Source of the DNA: Mobula hypostoma
Lineage: Eukaryota
Assembly (NCBI RefSeq): GCF_963921235.1
Contig: NC_086097.1
Span: 147,066,001-147,130,000 of the forward strand
DNA length: 64,000 nucleotides
Reading direction: 5' to 3'
The position numbers and the translations under genes are program-made. The notes beneath the pieces are model-generated. The model ran no database searches. It was not told the DNA's origin and saw only the letters and a list, made by a program, of their open reading frames with translations. Shown here one piece after another: positions 26,262-38,944 of this stretch (the stretch's first letter is position 1; each line of letters begins with the position of its first letter).

Positions 26262-26710
26262 ATGAAGTCCTTTTAAGGACTCTCTCTTCACTATCATGGT
26301 ATGGAGAGGTAACTGTACAGGATAAGAGAAAGCTGCAAAGGACTGAAAACTCAGCCATCTCCATCACAGGCACTAGCCTCACTGGCAGCAAGGGAGATGA
26401 TGTCTCAAAAAAGCAACATCTATCATTGATTCCTATTACCCAGGACATGCTCTCTTCTTATTACTACCATTGGGGAAGAGGCACAGGAGCCTGAAGACAC
26501 ACACTCAACATTTTAGGAACAGCTTCTCCCATCTGGCATATAAGTCCTGCAGGGACAATGAACCAACCCTTGAACACCTCACTATTTTTGCTCTGTTTGT
26601 GTACTATTCTCTGAATTTTATATATATCATATTGTCACTTATAGTATTCTTTATGTATTGCACTGTTTTGCTACTGTAAAAAAAATGTAAACCTGATTCT
26701 GATTCTGAAT
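26262..26710 (+). mobile_element. Rex1/Babar LINE 3' end
   Basis: GKRHRSLKTHTQHFRNSF; tail cctgattctgattctga. Confidence 0.75.
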
Positions 26711-27515
26711 TAATTCTAAACTGTGGTGACTTAGTAAAGCATTGCACTTCTGATGTGAGTGGGGATATGGACAGCAGGGATACCATTAGGTAATAAAACC
26801 CACTGGTATGTCAGTCACCTATCAGAAAGCTGAACTGAATGCTTTGTGTCCATCATATTATGTTGCTCAATCACATGTGTTTAGCTCCCAATTTAATTCA
26901 CTGTTCTGATTACAACCAGATGTAATAATGGTATTTCCTACCAGCAGCCAGGGGTAGAAAATAAAGAGAACTTGCACTAATACTGTGCCTTTCAAAAATC
27001 TTTGAACATCACATGGGGCTTTATCGCCAATAGAGTAACTTGAAATGAAGTCATTATATGGGAACATAGGAAACAGCATGGCCAATTATGACAGAATATT
27101 TCCCCTCAAACATGCACTAAATTGGAAACAGGAGACACCGTGACTACAGGTGCTGGACTCTGGAGCAACAAGCAATCTGCTAAAGACATTTAACAGGTTA
27201 GACAACATTTGTGGGAGGTAAGTTTCCAGTGGAAACTTTGCATCAGGACTCATGTAAAGTTTCAACCTGAAATGTCCACAATTCATTTCCTTCCACAGTT
27301 GCTGCTCAACCTGCTGGGTTTCTCCCTCATATTGATGGTTGCCTGAGACGGGAAACATAATCATCTCAGATTTAGCAATCATGTTAATTATTGTCTTTTC
27401 CGGCTGTAGCTTCTCAGAGCAAAATGCTTTTACAGCCAGCAAAGTACTAATACTAGTCAGTAGTATTGCAGGAAAAGGTTAAGTTTTGCTAAATAAATCA
27501 AAGTGGTAGCCTTAC

Positions 27516-27597
27516 TTCTTGGAAGTACAATCCAGTGACAGGGCAGCAAAGCATTGTCCTTGTGCAGGCATCTTCACTATTTTGTGAAACTTTTCTT
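27516..27597 (-). other. Candidate exon of an unidentified host gene
   Basis: Acceptor ttttcctacttttcactgctcag, donor AA|gtaagg; open as EKFHKIVKMPAQGQCFAALSLDCTSK. Confidence 0.4.
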
Positions 27598-27950
27598 CTG
27601 AGCAGTGAAAAGTAGGAAAATGCTTGATGTCGGAGATATGAAATGAGAAACAGCGGGTTAGGCAGACCTGAAACGTTAACTCTGTTTCTTTTCCCACAGA
27701 CGCTGCCTGACCAGTATGTGAACACTAGCCTTGTTGACTGGAAAGGAAGATAGGTATCACAAGGGCTCAGAGTGTTGATCCCGGGCAGTGAGTCTCTATG
27801 CCAGTTTGAAGACTTGTTTCTAGGCTTCCTAGAGAATTTGGTTATTGCCAGGAGTGGTGTTTGTCTCCAGGAGGGCCACTGTAAAAGCTCGCTGTGACGC
27901 CCACTGACTACTCAAACTGCTACCGAACTCGTATATAATCACTTCTCTTT

Positions 27951-27984
27951 ACACACACAGACACAGACACACACACATACACAC
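27951..27984. repeat. Interrupted (CA)n microsatellite
   Basis: acacacacagacacagacacacacacatacacac. Confidence 0.9.
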
Positions 27985-28536
27985 CAGTGCACGCAAATGT
28001 AAGATCAGGAGACAATCAAAGGCTGGCAATATGGTAAAACATATGAGTGAATCGCATCCACGTGAACAAACAAGCACCCTTCATTTGTAACAATTATCTT
28101 GGTCAAGTAAATCCTGGATTTTGGTGTAGAATTGTTAATGGGCGATAAAAATCCAGATCGATTGGCCCCAATTCTATTTCTGGATCCAGTCAAATTATTG
28201 CGCGACCGGCAGTGACTTGATCCTTCTGATCCTTTGGAAATCGTTTTACTCCTTTCAGTTTGAAGGGGAATTTTCTTTTTGAAAAACATTAACACGGGTT
28301 ACAAGCATAATACAGACATCGCCTTGAAATCCCACCAAGCTAAATCCCGCTGCAAACGCTTCGAACAGAGTGACTGCAGTCCATCACTCAACGAAGCCGC
28401 TAACTCGTTTAATTTAAGTAAAATCTTTAAAACAAGAGCAACAATTCGAGACTGAGGTGTTATTTTTTGATGTCCAGGTGACACTATGTTTTAGTAGCCT
28501 CCATCAATCTTTCAAAATTTCTCAGCAGGATCTTAC

Positions 28537-28618
28537 CGGTAGAAACTTCAGCCAAACTAACACGCAAGAGGAGGCATGAATACATAAAACGTTATATGCA
28601 GACAGTTATAATGAGATA
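28537..28618 (-). other. Candidate exon (5'UTR or first coding)
   Basis: Acceptor tatgtatcttcctag, donor CCG|gtaaga; ATG at 28585 gives MYSCLLLRVSLAEVST, in phase with 27516-27597. Confidence 0.3.
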
Positions 28619-28825
28619 CTAGGAAGATACATAGAAACATATAAGTGTCATTCAAGTACATAGGATCTTTCAGTAACAACCCTTTTCTTGCGAAGTGTAT
28701 GTGTGACCCAGCTGTATAAATTTGACAACTTTTGAAAATCAATTTATTGGTCATGATGAGGATCTTTTTAAAAAAAAAAATCAGCGATCTCCACTCACCT
28801 ACTGGGTAATTGAAATGAAACTTAC

Positions 28826-29050
28826 GTGAAGTGATAAAGTCCAGAACATCGCCCGCTGAAGAACCATGTTGTTAGTCGGGGTTGTGCGATTGTTCTTCTT
28901 GCCCCATATCCAGTTTAGCTTTCTCACGAAACGCCGGACTTTTTGTGTTTAGAAGCTCCCGGTTAGATAAAAATAAAGGACCAAGTTAATCCCTCCCGAG
29001 GCGCTCGTGAGGGTTTTAGATCAATATCCAGCAACTTTGTTGATGATTAT
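28826..29050 (-). other. Candidate first exon
   Basis: Donor CAC|gtaagt at 28826 and alternative TAG|gtgagt at 28799; downstream of GC boxes; short ORF MVLQRAMFWTLSLH at 28867-28826; 5' boundary guessed. Confidence 0.35.
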
Positions 29051-31529
29051 TCAGAACTAAAACTGTTCTCGCTGCTCATTTAACTCCCTTGATTTTGCGA
29101 GAACATCCCAGCTGCGCTCTCTCTCTCGCCCATCCCGCCCCTATCCCCGCCCATTCGTAGATGGGGAAGCCCCAGTTTAAGCCTCTCCTCCAATGCATCT
29201 CTCTCCGTGTCTCTCCCCGGCGCGAACATGATTCCAAATTCAATCTTTCACAGGAGATTGGGTTAACTTTACTGCCTCGGGTGTGTTGCCATGGATCAAG
29301 TTTGAGTGTTACGGAAAGGGACGGGTTGTGACACAAGACAGTGATCAGTGTCTCTTGTATGCAGATTTTTTTTTAAGTTATACCCCTACACAACACCTAT
29401 TTTTGACCTGGCACAGCATTGTATCGATTCAGGACTGGATGCTATTTTCCAGTTCTATTCTTATAGTAATAAAAAAGTTGTTTCGGAATGAAAAACAAAT
29501 TAGTTTATCTTCAGCGGTAATTGGTGTACTCTATGACTAGGCAGCTGGAGATCATATTCCGTAGACAATTGCCATCCTGCTATCTTACATCTCATGCTGC
29601 CTGTGGTGTTGAGTTTCGGGATCTTTGCAAAGGTTTACAGAAATCTTTGAAGAAAGGCACGGGCTAGCTGTGGGAGTAATTGGAAGATCAAAATGCAGAC
29701 CAGACCAGTGCTTCATTCAATACAAAACATGTTGCTCACATTTGAGTAGCACCACTCGGATGGACTGGTTGGCTTGTTTTCAAGTTGTGGTGTCGGTGGA
29801 CGACATAAGGTCAGAACGGATGCAAAGCCAAAAGTAGAGCAATGACTTGTTCTTTTCGGGGGTTTTTTTTGTGCGCGGTAATTGCATTAGAATCCGATAA
29901 AAAATTTTATGTCTCAGCTCTGCACTGTTATGAAAGTAATCGGTTATTAAAATTTTCTCCATTACTTCAATTCTGTTTGAGGCCATTCATTAAAAATGCA
30001 ATACCCCTGCAATTATAGCAACAGATAACATTCCGTGGATATTGGGTCGGCTTTTTGTTTTGCACACCATCAGCATTCAAAATGCGAATTATACTTAAGG
30101 GTGTATCTGTTTTCTAAATTGATAGCTTAAGTTTCTAATCAAACTTGTTCACACAATCAAAAGCATAGCGCTTTTCAAGAACCAACACAATCAGTGTTTT
30201 CAAAAGTAATAATTTACTGTTTTACCTCACATGAAAAAATATTTCTTGATACAATTAAGATTTTATTGCTACAAATGGAATCGGACTGTCAGGAATGATA
30301 ACCATTCAAGGTGTCTCATCCACCGCATGTATAATCCAATTCAAATGAATGTTAGTGACTAAAAAATCCCATACTGAACTATTTGGTAACTTTATAGATG
30401 TTGGATAATGGTAGATTCATATGAAAACCTTTGAAACATGGTTGTTAGTAACTCTGAGGCTTAAAAAATGGTAGTCTCCCAGTACAGTTGCAAACACGTA
30501 TAATTAATGGGAAGTTGCTAATTTAATCTGGGGCGATAGCCTGATTTTCTGATCGGTCTAATTTTTATTAAATTACCATATGACTCTCTAAGCGATTTCT
30601 GATTTGATCTCCCTTATGTATTAATTAATATTGTTTTGCAAATGGCATTTACCTCCAGATACCAATGCAAGGCATGAAAGATCATAGAAGAAAATTGTCC
30701 TAATATCAGTCACATTCATTACTGTATCTGCATTGTCAACCAATCAATAACATAAAAATCCATTGACTACACCATCTTCAATGTTAGAAAACCATAAACT
30801 ATTTCATCTTCCACATTATGACACAAGAGAATTGTTAATATGGATTTGTCCTTTAAAAACTGAGCTTTTAATATTAAGTACTTTATAGATAATTGCTAAC
30901 ATCCAGTAGTCCAAAAATAGTATAACAACATCTTTTATTAAGTGCTGAATTTCTTTGCAACATTTCAATAGTGGAGAGATTATTTACTGAAAATATAGTA
31001 ATTGAATGTCAGGTCCTTTCTATTTGTATCTGGAATGTAATAACTTAATGTTAGCCATGAATTAGAATTAAGCAATCATCAGTTAATGAGATTAGTACAT
31101 GCCCAAATATATTATAATTGCAATGATAACATTATTCAAGACAAATTAGTACAGGACCAGCTATGGCTCCATGAGTAACGTCATTATATTCAGCTCAGAG
31201 CTAGTGGATTCATGTCAATTCTGGGGATATGAGCAAAATGCAAATATAAGTTAATTTTCCAGTGCAGCATGTTGCAGGTGCCATCTTTTTGATGAGATGC
31301 TAAATGGAGGTCATCACTTTGGCCACCAGACTTCTATTTGACAAAGTACTGTGGATTGAGTCCACAACACTGCGCTTCCTAAAAAGGTGTGAATACCAGA
31401 TGCTTCTGGCGCAGTATTATCTATGCTTTATAAATATTAATTGTCTTCTATGTTTGCACGTAAAATGCCAAACAAATGTATTTTGGATTTAACTTGCATT
31501 CCTAAAGGCTGTGGATACCAACTGAGACA

Positions 31530-31806
31530 TGTTGGCGTTGGAAGGAAAGGATGAATTCAGAAGGTGTGATGTTTGTAGGTAGCTTCAAAAGGAAGCATTG
31601 TCTATGCATTGTCTATAGCTTTTTAAGTAGCGATTGCCTTTGTGTTTAGCATATAAATATTGAGCCCACATTGGGCTAGCAGACCTTTATGCGGAAATCG
31701 TCTCCGTCTGTAAGGTGCCTGCTATACCTTGTTGTGTCGAATAAAGAAGCTGCTTTGTATCTACCAGTGACTCTGTCTCTCTGGTGATTTCATCCATGCT
31801 ACAACA
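31530..31806 (+). mobile_element. LTR with PBS-like sequence behind it
   Basis: TGTTG...CAACA termini, internal tataaa and aataaa, followed by tttggtggcag. Confidence 0.65.
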
Positions 31807-31814
31807 TTTGGTGG

Positions 31815-34800
31815 CAGGATGAAAGTGGATAGAACTCAAGACGCTTCCTCCTGGATGCACCCTCCCATTTCACCAGGTACAGCACACCCCATCCAGGATG
31901 ATGTGAATCCATCAACCGCTGAACCATATACATTGGACCACCTTCCAGCACCCTAGGTTCCAGAGGGTCAGTCTCAGATGGGTTGGGTGGTCCATGGACA
32001 ACAGGTTTGAGGCAGGACACGTGGAAGGCAGGTGTGCTCCTGGACAGTGGCAGCTGGAGATGGTAAGTGACTGGAAGGATGCAATGGTTAATTGTAAAGG
32101 GACCAATGAAGCAGGGTGAAAGCTTGTGGGAATTAATGCGGAGGGGCAGATCTCAGGTGGACAGCTAGGCACAGTGCCCAGACTGAAATTGTCTGGCTGG
32201 GCATAGCCAGAGGCTGATATGACATTCTGTGCCCTTTTCCAAGCATTCCAACAGCAGTGAACTGGAGTCTTGGTGGATGGGACCTCCACTATTGGCTTCT
32301 CTGTGGGAACAATGGTGACTGGTAGCCATGAAGCACTTCTGAGGGTGACATATCCAGGACAGAGGAGGCAGCTCAGCCCAGAGCAGATACCTCTTCCATG
32401 TGGAAGGGTTAAAGGTGGTGACGCATCACTGAAACTTGCTGATTGGCTCTTTCTGACTGACCGTTGATCTGCATATGACAGACAGAGGACAAACTTCTGA
32501 GGTGTGGAGGAGGAAGCAGAGGCTCACCAGAAGTGGAAGCTGAATTGTGGGCTCTAGTCTGGTGCAATGTCCTAGGGGAAGCCATGAAGGCAAAGAACAT
32601 GTTGGAGAACCAAGTCTGCCATCTCAGCAGCTGACAAAAGTATGGGGGGGGGGCAATGGAGTGAGCCACCATGGAGAACTGTTCCACTATTGTTACAATG
32701 TCGATGATCCCATCGTGGGAAACCTATGACGAAATTTGTGATGATATGGGACCATAGGTGTCGAGTGACAGAGGGCCACTGCTTGGAGGAATTGGACAGG
32801 GTACATTGAGGGCGGGCAGTGGTGAACTGATGTACACCTGCGATCACGGTAAACCACCAGAACCAGTGTTGAATAAAATCCAGAGACCGCCGTGCACCTG
32901 GATGGCCAGAGAGGGGTGAGGAGAGGGCCCACTGGAGTGCCTCGTCACCAGCACGTACATGCATTTGTCAAGTGTGTCATCTGGAGCAGGCTTGTGCTGT
33001 AGGGCTGGCGAATCTGATTCTCAAGATGTCAGACCATTGGGGCAAGGATCTGAGAAAATCAGATGATAGGCTGAGGGACAATCTCTATTTCTGCTGGGTC
33101 AATCTGACATGCCAGGGTGTCCACCTTAGTGTTCTTGGAAATGGGTCAGTAGGAGATGGTGAAGTTGAATTGCTTGAGGATGTGGGCCCAGTGAGCCTAA
33201 AGTGATGAAAGGTCCTGACGAAGGGTCTCGGCCCGAAACATCGACTGTACCACTTCCTAGAGATGCTGCCTGGACTGTTGCGTTCACCAGCAACTTATAT
33301 GTGTGGAGCCTAACGTGAGTTGAGCTGGTGGGTGTATTCAATGGATATGAGATTCTGGTGGTCAGTCCAAATTAGTGTTTCCCATCATCCAATATCTTCA
33401 CTTCTCCAAGGCCCATTTAATGGTGAATAGCTTCCTGACTCCTACTCCATAATGGTACTGTATAGAATTGAAATTGTGCAACAAAAAGGCACAGAGGTGT
33501 CTCAGTCCTCACTGGGAGTGGATGGCTCTGATGCCCACATCAGGTGTGTCCACCTCTACCAGAAAAGGTCCGGAGTAGTTCAGAAGATGGAGATTCATGA
33601 AGTGTTTCATGAGCGCCTCAAAGACATAGTCTATAGTAGCAGACTAAGTTATCTTTGAGATCAGTGACTTGGTGAAGGAGATAAGAGGAGTGGTAATTTA
33701 GCTATAGTTTTTTATGAACCAGCAATAGAAGTTTGAGAAGCCCAAGAAGGGCTGTAACTGTTTAAGGGAGCGTGGTCGGGGATATTCAATGATGGCGAGC
33801 ACTTTCTCTGTGTCTATGGTTATGCCTTGGTGAAAGGACATAACCCAGGAAAGAAATGACTTTGGTATAGAACTAGCATTTTTCTAACTTGCAGTGTAGT
33901 TGGTTTTTGAAGGAACACTGAAGGATTGAACAAATGTGACAGACATAGTCTTGGGGGTCCTTGGAGAAGTTGAGGATGTCATTGAGGTAGCTGAATACAT
34001 TCCTGTGCAGCATGTCTTGGAGGATCTTGTTAATGAAGGCTTGTCAACTGATCAAATTGTTGAAAAGTCCAAAAGGCATCACTCAGTATTCATAGTGGCC
34101 AATGCGTGTTATGAGCACTGTCTTCCACACATCTTCCGGCAGAAGCAGATCAATTTAGATGCAATCTGTCGGTCCAGTTTGGTGAAGATCTGGGCACTGC
34201 AGAGTGTTTTGAATGTGTTGAGAGGGTAGTGGTTCTTAATAGTGATCTGTTTGGGTCCACGGTAGTCAATGCAAGGACAAAGACCGCCATCTTTCTTTTT
34301 GACAAAGAAGAATCCTGCACCAGCTGAGGAACGTGATGGGGAAAATGAAGCCTTGCTGTAGTGCTTCGGCGATGGGGCCATCCTTGCCTTGGGTCTCGGG
34401 AGGGGAGAGGGAGAACAGACGACTTCGGGGAGGGGTGGTGCACGAATATGGGTTAATCACAGAGTCGTGTGGTCTGTGAGATAGCAGGGCACTAGCTTCC
34501 CTCTTAATGAAGGTGATGGCAGGGTCGTGGTATTCCTGTGGGAGCTTGGTGAGTTTGAGGGTTTCCTTTGTCTCCATGGATTTATGGGGTAAAGTTAATT
34601 GAGATTACAGGCAGATGGTCTGCCAGGTAGGCCCCCAACTCAGCATTAAAACCGGATGACCAGGCAAAGTGAGGGTCATGGATGGAGAATGAGGGATAAC
34701 CCAAGATGAGGGGAGTGTTGGGTGATTCGATCAGAAGGAATTGGGTGGACTTGCAGCATTCTCCGATGCTCACATGCTTAGGCTATGTGCACACCCTGAC

Positions 34801-36040
34801 CATTCCAGACCCCAAGGGACATCTGCCAATGCCTGTAATGCAGAAGCAGTGAGAGTTAGGCTCAGAAGGATGTCCAAGCTGCACACACCGATTCTGGCCC
34901 AGAAAGTAGCCTGCTGTCCTGGAATCCACCAGAGCCCGCGGTACACACAAATCCATCAGGGAGTGGAGGAGAATAGAAAGAGTGAGTCGGACTATGGGTT
35001 CTGGAGGCTTTGCTGATGGGGGCCCTGCAGCTTGAAATGGTTTGGGAAATGGTACTGGGGTTCTGTCTGCTGATCTAGAGTGGCATTCCGTAAAACAGTT
35101 GTTAATATGGAGGGCCAGAGCAATGAAGCTTTTTGAGATTTGTGGGCATCTCCCAAATAGGGAGCTCATCTTTCAAGTGCTCCAAATATCTATAATGGTT
35201 ATAGGCCGGCAGTGCTTCCATACTCCTACTGCACTCTGCTGCAAGGGTCCTGAATCCCACAGTGTAATCCAACACTGAGCACGAGCTTTGATGGAGTCAA
35301 AGTATCTGATCCGCTGCCTCCCTTCCATGTCACAGATGGTCAAAAGCCCAGCACAAGTCAGCAGTGAAATCATCATACTGTATCTGTTGCACATGGTGAA
35401 TTGTTGTCCCAGTTAGAGGCAGTACAGATCAGACCTAGCCCAACCAACAGAGAGATGAGAAGAGCAATCTTGTCTCAGTCCGTAAAATAGAGAGATGACA
35501 GGAGCTCGAATTTCAAGACTCACTGGGACAGGACGTTGCAGCACTGGGTTGGGGATCCATCAACTTGTCCTGGTTCCAGAATTGGGGGCTCTGGCTCTGA
35601 GAGAAGAAGTTGACTGACGTGAAGTTGATGTACTGAGACAAGGAGTGCTGAGAAGACGGCCAGTCGTTTCTTGCTGCCCTCAGATTGTGTGCTCATATCA
35701 ATGGGTAAGTTCCTTTATGCCAGCAATACTCTTCTTGTTTCACCAATCCTGTCAGGAAATGTAGAGGAGGCTTGGGCCAAGGTAGAGCAATGGATACGAT
35801 TCAGTAGTGAGAGACAACTTTACTAATGAATTGCAAAGTAACAGACCATGAGGGGCCACAAAACAAGATAGAGGAGATACTTAACGTTACAATGTAACAA
35901 GGCTAGGAACCATTGGTTGAGGATGGTTAGTTCATTGGGTGAACAAGGACTGTGGATGAGAGCTGGGTTTAAATAGGCTGCAGGTAATGAGTTGGAAACA
36001 AGTGCTAGGTGGCTCTTGTTATCTGCATGAAGACTGAGAG
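31815..36040 (-). mobile_element. Chromoviral Ty3/Gypsy (sushi-like) LTR retrotransposon, degraded: partial 5' LTR, gag, PR, RT, RH, IN, chromodomain
   Basis: ALVDS protease; [30 protein letters not shown] and YLNDIL RT; SGHPG..FWW integrase; VLYLVKWEG chromodomain; LTR edge at 35750. Confidence 0.9.
33206..33305 (+). mobile_element. 100-bp Penelope pLTR insertion within the Gypsy element
   Basis: TSD gagcctaaagtga / gagcctaacgtga; contains CTGACGA-AGGGTCTCGGCCC-GAAACATC. Confidence 0.85.
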
Positions 36041-36044
36041 TCTG

Positions 36045-37395
36045 TTCCTCCGTTTCACGATGGCTGATCCATTTTTCCTCTCAGCTCCAATCGCCTGCCT
36101 ATCCCTTCATGCCCTGACCAACCAATAATCTATCAATCTCTGCCTTAAATATTCATAAAGACTTGGCCTCCACAGCTGCCTGTGGAAATGAATTCCTCAG
36201 GTTCACTACTCTCTGGCTAAAGAAACCCTCCTCACCTCTGTTCTAAAAGGACATATTCTGATGCTGTGTCCTCTGGTCTTAGAATCTCCCACCCCAGGAA
36301 ACATCCCTCTCCACACCTACTCTATCAAGGCCTTTCACCTAATAGGATTCAATTAGGTCACCCCTCATTCTTCTGAATTTCAGTGAATACAGGACAGAGC
36401 CATCAAATTCACTTCATATGACAAGCCATTTAATCCTGGAGTCATTTTCGTGAACCTCCTTTGAGCCCTCTCCAGTTTCAGCAAATCCCTCCTAAGATAA
36501 GGGGCCCAAAACTGCTCATAATACTCCAAGTGAGGCCTCATCAGTGCTTTATAAAGTCACAACATTACATTCTTGCTTTTAGATTCTAGTCCCCTTGAAA
36601 TGAATGCTAACATTGCATTTGCCTTCCTCACCACAGACTCAACCTGCAAATTAACCTTTAGGGAATCCTGCACAAGGACTCCCAAATCCCTCTGCACCTC
36701 AACTTTTTGTATTTTCTCTCCATTTAGACATTGGTCAACCCTTTCATTTCTTCTATCAAAGTGCATGAACATACAGTTCCCAACACTGTAATCCATCTGC
36801 CATTTCTTTGACCATTCTCCTAATTTACCTAAATCCTTCTGTAGATTCTCTATTTTCTCAAAACTACCTACCCCTCCACCTATCTTTTTATCATCTGCAA
36901 ACTTTGCAACAAAGCCATCAATTCCAAAAGAATCAGTCCCAACACAGACCCCTGTGGAACACCACGATCACCGGCAGCCAAGCAGAAAAGGCTCCCTCTA
37001 TTCTCATTCTTTGCCTCCTGCCAATCTGCCTCTGTTTTATCCATGTTAGAATCTATCGTGTAATACCATGGGCTTGTAGCTTGTTACACAGCCTCATGTA
37101 TGGCACCTTGTCAAAGGTCTTCTGAAAATCGAAGTATACAACATCAGCCAATTTCTTTGTCCATCCTGCTTGTTATTTCTTCAAAGAATTCTAACAGATT
37201 TGTCAGGCAAGATTTTCCCTTGAGGAAACCATTCTGATTAAGACCTATTTTATTATATGCCTCCATGTATCCTGAAACCATATCCTTAACAATCGACTCC
37301 GACATCTTCCCAACCACTGAGGTTAGGCTAACCAGCCTATAATTTCCTTTCTTCAGCCTCTCTCCATTCTTGAAGAGTGGAGTGACATTTACAAT
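36045..37395 (-). mobile_element. CR1 LINE RT/3' part
   Basis: EVQRDLGVLVQDSLKVNLQVESVVRKANAMLAFISRG; homologous to 5500-6850. Confidence 0.9.
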
Positions 37396-37895
37396 AGGGA
37401 GACAATGTTCATGGCCTCATGGACCGTTCAGAAATCTGAAGGTAGTGGGGAAGAAGTTGTTCCTAAAACATTAAGTGTGTGTCTTCAGGCTCCTGTATTT
37501 CCTCTTTGATGGTAGTAAATAAGAAGATGGTTTGTCCCACATGCTGAGAATACTTAATATGGATTCCACCTTCTAAAAGCAATGCCTTTTCAAGATATTT
37601 TTGATGGTGGAGAGAGTTGTGCCTGTGATGGAGCTTTTCAAGATATTTTGTCAACAGCCCTCTGCAGCCTCTTTGAATCATGTGGATTGCAGCATATATA
37701 CCAAGCAGTGATACAAACAGTCAGAATTCTCTCCAAGGTACATGTGTAGAAATTTTCTAGAGTGCTTGGTGGCATACCAAATTTCCTCAAACTCCTGATA
37801 AAGTACAGCTGCGGCGTGCCTTTTTTTGTGATTGCGTCAACATGATAGAGCTAGGATAGATCTTCTTGATGTGTTGACGCCAAAGGCCTTGAAAG
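37396..37895 (-). mobile_element. Rex1/Babar LINE 3' fragment
   Basis: Reverse-complement homology to 15850-16260 and 26262-26560. Confidence 0.7.
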
Positions 37896-37939
37896 ATGAT
37901 GCTAATAAAGGAACTGCAGACTTTTCTGCAGATGGGCTT

Positions 37940-38771
37940 TGATACGAAACCCCTCTTTGCTGGGCATCTCTAGAGATATGGCTTGTTAGCCCCTTGCTAA
38001 CAGCCACCGGACTCAGTGGTGAGAAAACCACATTTCTCAAACTCTGTATGTCTAGGGTGGATATGAGTTGGGTCCTGCCAAACCCGTGAGATTAGGATGT
38101 CTCACCCATCCAAACCCTGATTTGTGTGAATATTCTGTAATTTACTTCTTCCATGCAATAGCCTGGTGGCAAGAAATAAGACTGTACACTGCATACAATT
38201 ATAAAGAAAGTATACTTAAGAATGCTAATTTAACCAGTTATTAAAGTAAAGAAAGAAAAAAAACAAAAGGGCCCACCATAATTAAAGAGTCAAATGTACA
38301 TGTAAGTTGGAGCTCATTTTCAAGTTGTCTTCAACTCACACACTGAACCCTTGATTTGCATTAAAGCACACACCACCTACTAAATGTTGCTCGAAATCCA
38401 TCCTGAACAAACAGGCTCCCCCATGGGAGTATTGGTCTTCCTCCTTGAAGCCATTCATCTGCACAAAGCACCTTGTACGACAGGATCGTACAACAGCATC
38501 CTCAGCCAGCTCCCCTCCCAGCTTCTACCAAAAAGACCTCCACCCACACAAGCGTTCATCACTGAAACCTACCTCCCCAGCATCCTCTGGAATCTTCTCC
38601 CAATTTCACCATCCTGATTGGCTGACACAACATTCCTAAGTTAACAACAACAAATCCCCTTATCTTAGCTCAAACCCAAACAGGCTGAAAGCAGAACAGT
38701 CTGCACTTACAGAACTGCTAAAATGAAAGACCTACAGCATAGCAGTAAAAATCTTAACCAGGGCAGTATCA
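37940..38771 (-). mobile_element. Solo LTR
   Basis: Perfect TGATAC...GTATCA termini; 5-bp TSD ggctt / ggatt; orientation inferred. Confidence 0.75.
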
Positions 38772-38944
38772 GGATTGCAAGAGGGTGATGACATTGTGTA
38801 CTTTATCAGGTGGTCCTTTGCTTACGTGGAGCTTCGATGTGCTCCTGATACACAGATATGACATTCTCAGTACCATCCTAAATGTTTCTTCTCCGCTGAG
38901 TATGATCATGAACAGGGTGTTGAAGAATCAACAGGGCGAGATTC

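Larger units (their letters stand above)
27880..29900. promoter_or_regulatory. CpG-enriched, TE-free promoter-like region with tandem GC boxes
   Basis: CpGs visibly retained compared with flanks; CCGCCC at 29135-29140 and 29147-29152. Confidence 0.55.

Noticed and set aside
27516..27554. MLCC start reminiscent of GAP43
   Set aside because: Following residues (PVTGLYFQE) do not match GAP43 MRRTKQ
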